Shown here: positions 45,250 through 54,577 of the stretch, one piece after another
Numbering within the stretch: position 1 is the stretch's first letter
Layout: every line of letters begins with the position of its first letter
IMG/VR virus record: IMGVR_UViG_3300042147_000020
Coordinates: 174,800 to 238,799 of that record
Direction: 5' to 3' (one strand)
DNA: 64,000 nt
Notes under the pieces: model-generated
The model's database searches: none
What the model saw: only the letters and a program-made list of their open reading frames with translations
Told to the model about the DNA's origin: nothing
Position numbers and translations under genes: made by a program

Positions 45250-45783
45250 TTAGTGGTTGTAGCCAGTTGGTTTGTTTGTTGCTACAGCGACTGCCAGCGG
45301 TAACTTCTTTGCGTCGAGGTTCACTGGCGCCTTTACAACGTACAACATTTTGTGGTGGCGGAAGATCACGATGCGATCACCAAGAGTCACGTTCAACACC
45401 ACCAGTTCAGACTTGGGCAAACGGTACTCAGCGGCTGAGTCCACTTGGAGCCAGCAATAAGCCGGATCGTTACAATCCCGGATGAAAGTCAGGGAGCCAC
45501 CGCTCACGATGTCAGCTTGACACAGTTCAACCATCCGAGAATCACAACGCTCTAGGATCATCTTGATCAGTTGACCACGGATTTGGTTACTGTGCTGAAG
45601 CTTAACGTCGAACTCGCCTTCTGGATAGGGTACAGAAGGGATGGCCCCCAGTTTCTTATCCAGCACGCCTTGTAGCAACTTGATATGTTCTCGCAACCGA
45701 ACAATAGACCAAGCGTCGTACTCGTGACCGCAAACACACGGTGTTTCCCAGCACTTGATACAATCAGACATTGCCATGAACAA
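45250..45783 (-). CDS. Hypothetical protein with N-terminal Cys cluster
   Basis: DCIKCWETPCVCGHEY (possible Zn site). Confidence 0.6.
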   Translation of the reverse strand: MFMAMSDCIKCWETPCVCGHEYDAWSIVRLREHIKLLQGVLDKKLGAIPSVPYPEGEFDVKLQHSNQIRGQLIKMILERCDSRMVELCQADIVSGGSLTFIRDCNDPAYCWLQVDSAAEYRLPKSELVVLNVTLGDRIVIFRHHKMLYVVKAPVNLDAKKLPLAVAVATNKPTGYNH

Positions 45784-46507
45784 TCTCCTCTTCTAGTACA
45801 ATGGATTCTTTACGGAAACGAACGAGGAACAACGCTTGACCTTTTTGATTCGGGTCTTTGACGTCTAAGTAGATGTGGTTTGTCCTCATGTGACGGAGGT
45901 ACTCGAGTTCCAGATCGCCGTAGACGATTGGTTCAGGGTGGCCCTTAGCACACGACGGCATTTTGAGCTTACCCCAGTCCCATATCCCCTCAGTTACTTT
46001 ACGTTCAATACCAACTAGGTGGACAGCCTCAACCGTCCACCCTGCCATCTGTCGCGGCATACGAGAGTCACGTCCCAGTTCCACTCGGACGATGCGTGAC
46101 TTGACTACAGGTCTACGATCACGACAGATGTAGTCCCGCTTACGAGGCGTTTGCTGAGGGATAGTCCCCAACGCTCGACCCAATTGCACGGGATGTAACT
46201 CCACAGTCTTGATGATCTTGGGAAACGGGGTCTTGTTGAAAGGCCCTAGCGTCTTGAGTTGTTCTTCCACAGGACGTACTGTACCGCCCCATGCGTGGAG
46301 AACCACCGGGTTAGAACGCTTACGACGGAAGCTGACGAGTTGATGGTAGCAGTACGTAACCGGCTGGTCTTTTTCTTCTTCACGTACCCGACAGCTTCTA
46401 ACGTAAGCTATCACCCCCTCTTCAGTTAGGAAGGCATCCACCCCAACTACTTTGGTTATCCAAGTGGAAGGAATCCACGGGGCCGTCCTTCTTAGGTAAT
46501 TAGACAT
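45764..46507 (-). CDS. Hypothetical protein
   Basis: Start MSNYLR overlapping the upstream stop. Confidence 0.55.
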   Translation of the reverse strand: MSNYLRRTAPWIPSTWITKVVGVDAFLTEEGVIAYVRSCRVREEEKDQPVTYCYHQLVSFRRKRSNPVVLHAWGGTVRPVEEQLKTLGPFNKTPFPKIIKTVELHPVQLGRALGTIPQQTPRKRDYICRDRRPVVKSRIVRVELGRDSRMPRQMAGWTVEAVHLVGIERKVTEGIWDWGKLKMPSCAKGHPEPIVYGDLELEYLRHMRTNHIYLDVKDPNQKGQALFLVRFRKESIVLEEEIVHGNV

Positions 46508-46802
46508 CTTTCTTACCGTCCTTATTCTTCGTCGCAGAGAGGTAATACTTACCCTGATACTCGTAGACCTTACACTTGTCGCCCACACTGTACCCAAAGG
46601 CTTTCGCCATCTGCTTCTCGACATAGTAAATCTGCCGGTGGTTAACCATGAAGATCGTCCGGCTTTCAACTTTACTTGCCCGAACACCAGTAATTTCACC
46701 GGTAGCGACCACCATCGCCCCAACAGTCTTGGCGAGGTTCATTGGGATGTTCAGTGTTGCTTCGCGTGGGTTAGGTCGTGAGCTGCGCTCTTGAAAACAC
46801 AT
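46500..46802 (-). CDS. Hypothetical protein
   Basis: 100 aa; SD AAGGA. Confidence 0.55.
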   Translation of the reverse strand: MCFQERSSRPNPREATLNIPMNLAKTVGAMVVATGEITGVRASKVESRTIFMVNHRQIYYVEKQMAKAFGYSVGDKCKVYEYQGKYYLSATKNKDGKKDV

Positions 46803-46818
46803 TGTTAAAGCATCCTTG

Positions 46819-46950
46819 TTATTTGGGCCAAACTATTGCAAGCAGATATTGAAAAGGAGCTGGGTCGTAAATGACCAAGCCGATTAGTGCTGCGTATACC
46901 ACACCCAACGTCCACCAAGACGCTGGGGGTACTTTACCTGAGTCAGACAT
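46819..46950 (-). CDS. Micro membrane protein (43 aa), not in the ORF track
   Basis: MSDSGKVPPASWWTLGVVYAALIGLVIYDPAPFQYLLAIVWPK fills the gap exactly. Confidence 0.5.
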   Translation of the reverse strand: MSDSGKVPPASWWTLGVVYAALIGLVIYDPAPFQYLLAIVWPK

Positions 46951-47287
46951 TCACAACCCTCACCATGCTAGACGCATCAATCATATCGGTGAAGGTGACC
47001 AACCTTTCCTTGCCGTCGTACTCGCAGATGTAGTAGTGTGGAGATCCAATCTCCTGCACTTCCCAATCCCCGGCTATGCCTTCAACCACCATCTGTTCGA
47101 TGACAGTCACTAAATCAGGATGATGGCGAGGTACGGTTTTAAAGTCAACTTTACCGTTACCATCCAATTGCGCATGTGCTATCAGCGCAGGTACTTGTTT
47201 CATCCGCTTGCACATCGCAGCGTCGAAACCCGGATTACCGTAACACCCGTGAATCACAACCTTCCAGCTCTGCTTTACGCCATCCAT
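46943..47287 (-). CDS. Conserved phage hypothetical protein
   Basis: VVIHGCYG...RHHPDLVTVIE...ICEYDGKE pattern, recalled from common phage proteins. Confidence 0.65.
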   Translation of the reverse strand: MDGVKQSWKVVIHGCYGNPGFDAAMCKRMKQVPALIAHAQLDGNGKVDFKTVPRHHPDLVTVIEQMVVEGIAGDWEVQEIGSPHYYICEYDGKERLVTFTDMIDASSMVRVVNV

Positions 47288-47290
47288 AAT

Positions 47291-47809
47291 TCAATCCTCT
47301 TCCACTCGGCACTCTTCGGCTATATGGATGTGTTTTCGCCTAGCATGGATAAACATCGAATTGACTGTTCCACCTAGACCCTTGAGTATAAACAGGAAGT
47401 TCCCATTACTCGTACCGTAGTGTCGCATCTCAGTCCCGTTGATCAACATCATCCAGTCGGCAATCTCACTGGTGACCATGTCTTCACGGGCCGGAGGGAG
47501 GTAAACTTGCTCCTCCCCAAAGACCACCGGCTCACTGTCTGGGTTCAGGACAAACAACACGTACAGGTTATTGTCCTCCAGCAGTTCATCCTCGATCCTC
47601 AGGACATTGTAGTACGGGTAATGATCGAGAGAAGGACTCTCGTATACGTTCCCCACAATTGGTACGTCAGCAAACGCCGGGATGTGTCCCAAGTAAAACA
47701 GCGTGTCATCCACCTTGGGTGTTTCATCGAAGCGATAGACCACTAATGTGACCGCCATGATTCGTCCCTTTTCATTAAGCTCTGCAACGAGCGTGTGGAT
47801 TCTTGACAC
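47291..47809 (-). CDS. Hypothetical protein
   Basis: 172 aa ORF; start may be 47758. Confidence 0.55.
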   Translation of the reverse strand: MSRIHTLVAELNEKGRIMAVTLVVYRFDETPKVDDTLFYLGHIPAFADVPIVGNVYESPSLDHYPYYNVLRIEDELLEDNNLYVLFVLNPDSEPVVFGEEQVYLPPAREDMVTSEIADWMMLINGTEMRHYGTSNGNFLFILKGLGGTVNSMFIHARRKHIHIAEECRVEED

Positions 47810-48077
47810 GTGCTACTTGGGCTGCTGTCAGATGAACCTCTTCTGGTTCTCCTTCAGCTAAGAGTTTGAGATCGACATGAAGGGTGCCGTCCCAAGCCCC
47901 ACCAGAAATGTACAACACCTCTAGGTTGGAGCAGTCGCGTTTGAAAGTACCGGTCAGCAACTTTGCTGCCTGTATCTGTCCCGTGCGTAAACGGTTCCAG
48001 CGTTTGGTGATTTCAAGGGCTGCAAACACAACAGTCAACCCATCACGACCCTTGTACGCCTTAATCTTAAAATCCAT
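47775..48077 (-). CDS. Hypothetical protein
   Basis: 100 aa ORF. Confidence 0.5.
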   Translation of the reverse strand: MDFKIKAYKGRDGLTVVFAALEITKRWNRLRTGQIQAAKLLTGTFKRDCSNLEVLYISGGAWDGTLHVDLKLLAEGEPEEVHLTAAQVARVKNPHARCRA

Positions 48078-48095
48078 CCTGTATTACCTCTTGTT

Positions 48096-48635
48096 TTAGC
48101 TTTCGCGTTTTGTCCCCCGCATAGCACGACGCTTGTCCTTCCGAGGGAACCGTTCGTTAAGTTCCTTAATAATGTCGGGGATCTGAAGCTTGACGATCCT
48201 TGCCGAACTGCTCCGAGTGGTTTGCTGTACTAATGCTAGCGCAGCATCTAGGTCATCGTCTGCCGCATCGAGAGCCGCAGTCCAGATCTCTTCCAGATCC
48301 ATCGTGTTGCTACGACAGTGTACGACTTCAGGGCCCCATGGTAGAACACGGCGAATCATACCGACTATACCGTTTGGACGACTGCTCCATTCTTCCAGCG
48401 CTCCCTCATGGGTGATTAGGTAGGCTTTGATAGTGCCTTCACTCATCACCTCAAGATCACGATCGCCGTTAAGGTACTCCAGCACGTTCAGCCCGTTGAA
48501 TTCCATTGGGATGATAAAGCCCCAGTCAGAATAGTAGTAGCTCACCGGGACTTTAGCAATCAACCCGTTTGGCTTGATCAGGTCCTGGAAGAACATGACT
48601 TCGTTACCAACTACAGCGGCGAAATTGAAAGACAT
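48096..48635 (-). CDS. Hypothetical protein, possible degenerate Ntn-hydrolase-fold partner
   Basis: 179 aa; TAATG coupling to the upstream gene. Confidence 0.55.
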   Translation of the reverse strand: MSFNFAAVVGNEVMFFQDLIKPNGLIAKVPVSYYYSDWGFIIPMEFNGLNVLEYLNGDRDLEVMSEGTIKAYLITHEGALEEWSSRPNGIVGMIRRVLPWGPEVVHCRSNTMDLEEIWTAALDAADDDLDAALALVQQTTRSSSARIVKLQIPDIIKELNERFPRKDKRRAMRGTKRES

Positions 48636-49243
48636 TACTTAGCTCTCCTTGGAGCACGAGGTTTCTTTGGCTCTTGAGCCTGCGTGGCTTCACGAGGGAA
48701 AGCATCCAGCGTAGACATCTCCAGTGCTTGTACCTCACCCCCACAGGTGTTAGCCAGCAGGCTGATACGACGGATGATCTCCGGTGCATCAAAGCCAGCC
48801 TTGTAGAACACGTTAGCGAAGTTCCCCTCAGAACCTTCAGACCAGTACTGGGTCGGATCAATAGACTGGATCACCGCCCCTTCGTCTATATCACGTTCGA
48901 TCAGCCATGCGTGTTCCTGAGTCACCAGAAACATCCGGCGGATTACTTTCACGCCCTTAGCAGACATCCCGCACAACAACCCACGTTCGACCTCGGAGAA
49001 CTCCAGCGGATTGGCGGCGTCATACGACAAATAAAAAGCGGCCAGACGAGGGACGATGAAACCCCAGACGAGGGCCATCTCCGTGGAGTTGAATTCGCCA
49101 CCCACGATGCCAAGCGCAGCACGCTTGCAGGGACTGACGAACAACTTCTGTCCGAAACCGATGTACTCATCACGACCATTGATGTTCATCAACATCTGAC
49201 TGTCAGTAGCCAGGATACCATTTAACAGAACTGCCTGTGACAT
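48635..49243 (-). CDS. HslV/proteasome-beta-like Ntn-hydrolase-fold protein
   Basis: GILATDSQ, K33, SEGSEGNFA, CGGEV motifs. Confidence 0.55.
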   Translation of the reverse strand: MSQAVLLNGILATDSQMLMNINGRDEYIGFGQKLFVSPCKRAALGIVGGEFNSTEMALVWGFIVPRLAAFYLSYDAANPLEFSEVERGLLCGMSAKGVKVIRRMFLVTQEHAWLIERDIDEGAVIQSIDPTQYWSEGSEGNFANVFYKAGFDAPEIIRRISLLANTCGGEVQALEMSTLDAFPREATQAQEPKKPRAPRRAK

Positions 49244-49263
49244 TTTACATGCTCCCTTGAGCT

Positions 49264-49301
49264 GACGGCATAAAGAGTGTGGGGTTGGCCCTCCACACTC
49301 C
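49264..49301 (-). terminator. Intrinsic terminator
   Basis: GAGTGTGG...CCACACTC stem with GACGGCATAAA. Confidence 0.7.
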
Positions 49302-49317
49302 TTGTGTTTTCTACAGC

Positions 49318-49578
49318 TTAGCCTTGGACGCGAGCTTCCAGGCAGCCAGTACGACCGGTCTTGGCCGCAGGTTTGAAGTTCGGGTGATCCGAGCCGGTCA
49401 GGGCGCCAGTGGCGTCGAAGGTCAGCTTGGTACCAACGATGGTTTCTTTCGGCAGAACACCATCGGCGATCTCGAAGGTAACCAGTTCGTTTTTGTCATT
49501 GATGACGGTCAGGGAGCAACCAGCAACTTTCACGAAAGAAACGGTGGTAGCTTTTTCCAGAGCGGTGGACAATTTCAT
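49318..49578 (-). CDS. Small hypothetical protein (early)
   Basis: Start MKLSTA after GGAAAG; promoter at 49630. Confidence 0.6.
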   Translation of the reverse strand: MKLSTALEKATTVSFVKVAGCSLTVINDKNELVTFEIADGVLPKETIVGTKLTFDATGALTGSDHPNFKPAAKTGRTGCLEARVQG

Positions 49579-49629
49579 GAACAGCTTTCCTTGTACAAGG
49601 TTTGTTTTGGTTTGGGTTATTGCACTTAA

Positions 49630-49637
49630 GTAATATA
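49630..49637 (-). promoter_or_regulatory. Early promoter core TATATTAC
   Basis: Exact motif on minus, 52 nt upstream of 49578. Confidence 0.65.
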
Positions 49638-49652
49638 TACCTAAGTTTCGTT

Positions 49653-50531
49653 TCAATCGACGAGTACGGTACCCACGTGTTCCTGCACCCCAGTGGCCTT
49701 AACAGGCTGGTTCTCGGACACCTTGAAAGTCATGAGGGTGGTGATCCCTTCAATGACATTCCCCGGATGCACACGCATGGCTGATCGGGTTGCGTCTATG
49801 TAACCGATGAAGATCACACTACCGAAGTGCGGAGACTCGATCATCTGACCTTCTTCGAACGGGGGACTAGCCATGTAGGTGTCGTACTCAACACGTAGAC
49901 GGTCACGGTTCTTTTGTTCGTAGTCAACAAAGCGAGGACTGGCTTCCCACTCACCGATGTCGACCCTTAACCCGTAGGTGCCATAACCAGCGTAATACGA
50001 GAACGCTTCGTAGTTCGGACCACCACGATCAGCCGACAGAGCAGCCACTTCGAAGATTGCTACGTTACCCCAACGGTCATGAACCTCGGTCTTACCTACG
50101 TGGACGTGTAACCCACGTTCGATGTAGATGGGGTGGTCGTCCCAATCGTAAGCAAGTCGACGGCGTTGTTGACCACGCTTGTAGGGTGTGTCGTCTTTGT
50201 AGATCTGCCAGATCAGTGTATTGAGAAGGCGATTGGGGTTTAAGTCGAGAGTCGGTGCTCCATCAGTCGACAACGACTTGAAGTCTCCGATGTCGATCAA
50301 CATATTGGCGTGGGAGTACGGGTTGAAGTACGCCAACCGATTGGCCTTACGGTCTACCGCTGTGACCAAATAAAAAGTGCCTTCGAACGGTTCGTCGTGT
50401 AGCGCCCCACGAACCATGACGTAAGGTCTGGTTCTAAGGCGAGTTTCGATCTCACGTAACGTGACTGTCATCGGAGTGGGCACCACGGTACGGCAGCCTT
50501 TCCACAGGCTATCGAAAATCTTGTTCAGCAT
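49653..50531 (-). CDS. Hypothetical protein
   Basis: 292 aa; SD AAGGAAG. Confidence 0.65.
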   Translation of the reverse strand: MLNKIFDSLWKGCRTVVPTPMTVTLREIETRLRTRPYVMVRGALHDEPFEGTFYLVTAVDRKANRLAYFNPYSHANMLIDIGDFKSLSTDGAPTLDLNPNRLLNTLIWQIYKDDTPYKRGQQRRRLAYDWDDHPIYIERGLHVHVGKTEVHDRWGNVAIFEVAALSADRGGPNYEAFSYYAGYGTYGLRVDIGEWEASPRFVDYEQKNRDRLRVEYDTYMASPPFEEGQMIESPHFGSVIFIGYIDATRSAMRVHPGNVIEGITTLMTFKVSENQPVKATGVQEHVGTVLVD

Positions 50532-50602
50532 ACGTCTTCCTTAAAAAAAAGAATCCCCGGCGAAGAAGGGGAAGGGAACATCCGCCGGGGATTGCTTAAA
50601 AC

Positions 50603-51211
50603 CTAAAACAGGTTTCGCTGTAACCCTTTGTAATTACAGTTGACAGCTTCCACAAGTTCTTCAATGAGTCCTCTGGCTTTGTGTAGCGCTTCCAGCTTCT
50701 CTGACTGGATAACCACAGGGACGTAAGCCATCTTGATCATGTTTCTTAGACGACCAGTTACGTAGTGCTCACAAATCCACTTGGGTGCGTAAGTCCGAGC
50801 CAACTCCTCTACCGCCATCTCAGCCCACCAGTCTGTCCGGTCAAACAACTTGGGGTCGTCTACCGGGATCAGAACTTCAATCTTTGGGATCGTAGAGTCA
50901 GTTACAAGCTCGGCTCTAGTCACCCGTTCGACTGACAACAAGGTCGGAACTTCACCATCATAATCTTTAGCAGGTCTGTAGAAGTAAACACCTTCCCTGA
51001 ATTGCCCGAAGTTACGGCCATAGGGATTGTTCTCCGACCACAGACTTACTTTCTCGTCCTCTACGTCAAACTCAAACTTGTAGATCGCGTAGTTGATGTC
51101 AGGTTTGACCTCGTTGTGGTAACGGTACAAGGTGATCTGTGCAATACGGCGAATCCATTCGGGATCGTTAAGATCCGTGACCATGTTTAGTGATCCGAAT
51201 AGCGTCAACAT
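50603..51211 (-). CDS. Hypothetical protein
   Basis: Start MLTLFG after GGAGGTG. Confidence 0.6.
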   Translation of the reverse strand: MLTLFGSLNMVTDLNDPEWIRRIAQITLYRYHNEVKPDINYAIYKFEFDVEDEKVSLWSENNPYGRNFGQFREGVYFYRPAKDYDGEVPTLLSVERVTRAELVTDSTIPKIEVLIPVDDPKLFDRTDWWAEMAVEELARTYAPKWICEHYVTGRLRNMIKMAYVPVVIQSEKLEALHKARGLIEELVEAVNCNYKGLQRNLF

Positions 51212-51221
51212 CGCACACCTC

Positions 51222-51830
51222 CTAGATACCGTCGAGGAACTCCTGCTGGGAGCCATGGTCAGACACGCAGGTTGGCAACTGCTCCATGATCGTTTCACCA
51301 AAGCCCATCAGGTTTGTGATCAGGGTAGCCACAGCCGTTGGGTTGACAGTCAGGGGTACGTAATCCAAACGGATCTTGTCATTCCCGACTTTACCGAACA
51401 CGTAGCCCTTAGCGCCCCACTTAGGCTTGTAGCGTTCGATCACCGCCAACACGTCAGCGTGATGATACCAGTGAGTGGAGTTCAGTACATCTTTATCCAC
51501 CACCGCCACAATGCTGACACGAGGGATGTCCTCGATGATCGGCAACCGTGCTTTCTTGACCACCTTGGTGTTGGTGATCTTGACTGGGTCACCCTTATAC
51601 GTCCAAGTGTATCCCTTGTCGTACAGGCCTAGAGCCATCTCCTTCGGATCGAGGTAATCCTTCTGGTTGATGATTTCCGATTCAGGAACGTCGATGGTCA
51701 TTTCCACCACGTTCTGATCCAGATCAGGTTTAACAGACTTTGCATCACGCCACAGGTTTAACGTGATCTCTTCACGAGCGAACAACTCGGGGAGAGGGTA
51801 GTGCATGTTCAACGCCATGAACAACTTCAT
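51222..51830 (-). CDS. Hypothetical protein
   Basis: 202 aa; SD GAGG. Confidence 0.6.
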   Translation of the reverse strand: MKLFMALNMHYPLPELFAREEITLNLWRDAKSVKPDLDQNVVEMTIDVPESEIINQKDYLDPKEMALGLYDKGYTWTYKGDPVKITNTKVVKKARLPIIEDIPRVSIVAVVDKDVLNSTHWYHHADVLAVIERYKPKWGAKGYVFGKVGNDKIRLDYVPLTVNPTAVATLITNLMGFGETIMEQLPTCVSDHGSQQEFLDGI

Positions 51831-51837
51831 GATTACC

Positions 51838-52398
51838 TCACTTACAGAACTTGTTGCTGTCGATAACAGCAGTACGACCTTTCACGTAGAACGCGTAGGT
51901 CTGTGCTGGCTTGGTTTTCATTTTACCGTATTCGCCTTCAGAGGTCTTCATCGACCACCAACCTTCAGAACCACCGATACCGAACACAACGGCGTCATTA
52001 CCTTTGTACTCGATCGTGGTGGATACTTCGATCTTGGACGTATCAATGATACGGATACCAAAGATGTCAAAGTAGTTGTACTGGTACTCACGAACGCCTG
52101 TAACTTTTTCTCCACCGACATCTACCGCACAAGGACGCATGTCAGTTACAACTTGCGTTACACGGTTTTTGTAAGCATCGTAAACAAAGTACCCCAGCAC
52201 GGAAGCTGCGATGATTACCACCACAGCGATCTGCACTTTAGTCCAGAACCAGATACGACGCAGAGCGCTTTGTTTGGTCTGGAGTTTCTCACGGGCTATG
52301 GAACCAGCATCTGGTCCATCGCTAGTTGGGTTCAAGGTGTCGACTGGAGTCACCACTGCTTCTGCTGCGGCCACCATTGGGAGGGACATGTCGTTCAT
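51838..52398 (-). CDS. Single-pass membrane protein
   Basis: TM VQIAVVVIIAASVLGYFVY. Confidence 0.65.
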   Translation of the reverse strand: MNDMSLPMVAAAEAVVTPVDTLNPTSDGPDAGSIAREKLQTKQSALRRIWFWTKVQIAVVVIIAASVLGYFVYDAYKNRVTQVVTDMRPCAVDVGGEKVTGVREYQYNYFDIFGIRIIDTSKIEVSTTIEYKGNDAVVFGIGGSEGWWSMKTSEGEYGKMKTKPAQTYAFYVKGRTAVIDSNKFCK

Positions 52399-52431
52399 GA
52401 GTGTTTTCCTTACTTAAGGTTGGGATTGCGA

Positions 52432-52956
52432 TTAGGTACGACGTTTGTACTGGTGTGCTGGAGGAATGTTCTCTGCGATCAAATTCCTCCAGACGTCTGA
52501 GTTAGCCAAGCGGATTTCCCAGAACGTGTCCGAGTTAGCGAACACGCAGTTGGTCATTACGAAGGTGAGTATCGTTGGTAGATGTTGCACTTGCATCCAA
52601 CGACTCAACCAGTTCTGGTCGGCGGAGCGGGCTTTGAACGTCTGGGCCAACGGAGACTTAGGCTTGGTGAGATCATGTTTCATCTCAGCCCAATCTTTAG
52701 CCGACAGTACAGTGTAGTACGTGGTAGGCTCAGTGATGTGTTGGGGAAGCTCCATCGCTATCTGTTTACGCTGACTGGCCAGTGTCAACAAACCGTCAGA
52801 GGCGATTTGTTGATCAGTGACCGGGGACAGTAGGTCAGTCAACGGTACTAACTTACCGAGCTTGAATGTGTCCACGTAAGCCGACAGGGATTCCACATCG
52901 TCAGTGATTACCCAGTTGTAATCTGGGCGTTTACCTGAGGGCTTGGCATCAAACAT
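52432..52956 (-). CDS. Hypothetical protein
   Basis: 174 aa; SD GAGGTG. Confidence 0.6.
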   Translation of the reverse strand: MFDAKPSGKRPDYNWVITDDVESLSAYVDTFKLGKLVPLTDLLSPVTDQQIASDGLLTLASQRKQIAMELPQHITEPTTYYTVLSAKDWAEMKHDLTKPKSPLAQTFKARSADQNWLSRWMQVQHLPTILTFVMTNCVFANSDTFWEIRLANSDVWRNLIAENIPPAHQYKRRT

Positions 52957-53512
52957 TCTTCACCACCTCTTGCGGCATCAGGATAGCTTTAGGGATCAGC
53001 AACCACGCCCCTTGGAACTTCGCGGTCATTTTGTAACCGAGGTACTCCGTGGTTTTGAGGACTTCACCGAGACGAGCGTCTTTGATGGTGAACTGCTTGG
53101 TTTCTACGGGTCCAGCATCACCGTACTCGATCGGTGCGTGGTGGATACCAAAGAACTCGAAGCCCAGACGATCCAGCTTACGCATCAGGATCGCACTCAT
53201 GGTCGGCGTGTAGTTAGACAGGGTAACGTTGTTGTAGAAACCCAGGCGTTCCAACAGCATGGTGGCCGAGAGCGGCATAGCGAAGTAGTGACTAGCACCT
53301 TCTTCTTTGAAGACCGCGAATTCGGATTTGCCACCATTCGTAATAGAAGGCAGTAGTACCGGATCGAAGCCACGGAAGAACAGATCGCCCTTCGCCCATT
53401 GTTCGATTGCAGCGTTCACGAACTGTTCGGGTGTCAGTCCTTCTGGATGGGCATCACGAATCTGACCAATCATCTTCGACAGCAGCGAGGTATTCTTTCG
53501 GTTAACAGCCAT
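52949..53512 (-). CDS. Hypothetical protein
   Basis: Start MAVNRK after GGAG, overlapping the upstream stop. Confidence 0.6.
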   Translation of the reverse strand: MAVNRKNTSLLSKMIGQIRDAHPEGLTPEQFVNAAIEQWAKGDLFFRGFDPVLLPSITNGGKSEFAVFKEEGASHYFAMPLSATMLLERLGFYNNVTLSNYTPTMSAILMRKLDRLGFEFFGIHHAPIEYGDAGPVETKQFTIKDARLGEVLKTTEYLGYKMTAKFQGAWLLIPKAILMPQEVVKNV

Positions 53513-53802
53513 TACTTTTGCTCCATAGCAGGATGAGGTTGTTGTAACATGTATCGCTTGATACCGACGATAACGTTTACTACGATGTCGCGTGCAACCG
53601 TGGATTCGCTCAAGGCGTTCTCTACCACGTCGAGGGTTTGGAAGTCCCACCACTCGTTCTTACGGGCTTCATCAACAAAGCCAACCCAGTCAATCTTCAT
53701 CTCGTGCTGGTTGATCAGGATGTCCAGAGCATTCTCCAGAGGCATCCCGTGGGTAGCTTTGAGTTGGAACAGTTTGTCCCCAGGAAAAGGTTTCTTCAAC
53801 AT
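53512..53802 (-). CDS. Stand-alone alanyl-tRNA synthetase helical-domain-like fragment
   Basis: PGDKLFQLKATHGMPLE...KIDWVGF resembles AlaRS GxxAFxLYDTYGFP...VDxxGF. Confidence 0.55.
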   Translation of the reverse strand: MLKKPFPGDKLFQLKATHGMPLENALDILINQHEMKIDWVGFVDEARKNEWWDFQTLDVVENALSESTVARDIVVNVIVGIKRYMLQQPHPAMEQK

Positions 53803-53891
53803 ACTCTTGTGGATCTCGATTTGACGTTGACGACGGACAGGCAAGCCTATTGCGAAGTGCATAACTGAATTCCGATTCGGTGTACGCTTAG

Positions 53892-53899
53892 GTAATATA
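53892..53899 (-). promoter_or_regulatory. Early promoter core TATATTAC
   Basis: Exact motif on minus, just downstream of a terminator and upstream of 53802. Confidence 0.65.
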
Positions 53900-53926
53900 G
53901 GTTTGGGATTATTTTCAATCGAACAA

Positions 53927-53963
53927 AAAGAAAAGGGCGTGAACCCTTTTCTTTTATGCCGTT
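53927..53963. terminator. Terminator hairpin
   Basis: AAAAGAAAAGGG-cgtgaa-CCCTTTTCTTTT-ATGCCGTT. Confidence 0.7.
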
Positions 53964-54546
53964 ATCCTGCTGGTGTAAGTACGCAATCTTCGAAGCACCC
54001 ACCGAGGTAGATCTCGAGATAGCGGTTAGTACCAGGCTTTTCGTGGATCAACAGGTGGATACCTTTGTCCACACGGAACTCAACCAGATAACGCCCTTGT
54101 TCGAAGAGCGTCATGATGGTGTCGTCCATGACGACGAAGAATCCACCAACCTGAGGTGTCCGAGGTTTGATGGTCGCCTGTACCGTTTTAATGAACTCTT
54201 CGGTCAGGGCTACTGATTTCTCAGCAGTAACTGGAACGACTTCACGGAACACTCGACGCACTCGAAAGAACGTACCATGGTAGTCGGACGAGCGACTCTT
54301 CACAGTGAACTCAGACATCCCAACCGCTTCATCACCAGTACCTACTTCCCAGTGGGGGTAGGAGTAACCAATGACTTGGCTGTTGTATGGAGCACCAACG
54401 AGTGCACGCTTAACGTAGTCGCGCATGTACATCGAGACACCACAACCAGTGTCAGCCAACCGAGTAACTATTGGTTGGAGTTGGTTCAGGGTGGAAGTGA
54501 TTTCACGGCGGTGTTTCATGTCCACTAAACGCTGTGGTTTTTTCAC
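53962..54546 (-). CDS. Hypothetical protein
   Basis: 194 aa; GTG start after AAGGA. Confidence 0.6.
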   Translation of the reverse strand: MKKPQRLVDMKHRREITSTLNQLQPIVTRLADTGCGVSMYMRDYVKRALVGAPYNSQVIGYSYPHWEVGTGDEAVGMSEFTVKSRSSDYHGTFFRVRRVFREVVPVTAEKSVALTEEFIKTVQATIKPRTPQVGGFFVVMDDTIMTLFEQGRYLVEFRVDKGIHLLIHEKPGTNRYLEIYLGGCFEDCVLTPAG

Positions 54547-54577
54547 AGGAACTTTCCTTTTCAGATTAGATTAAGTA

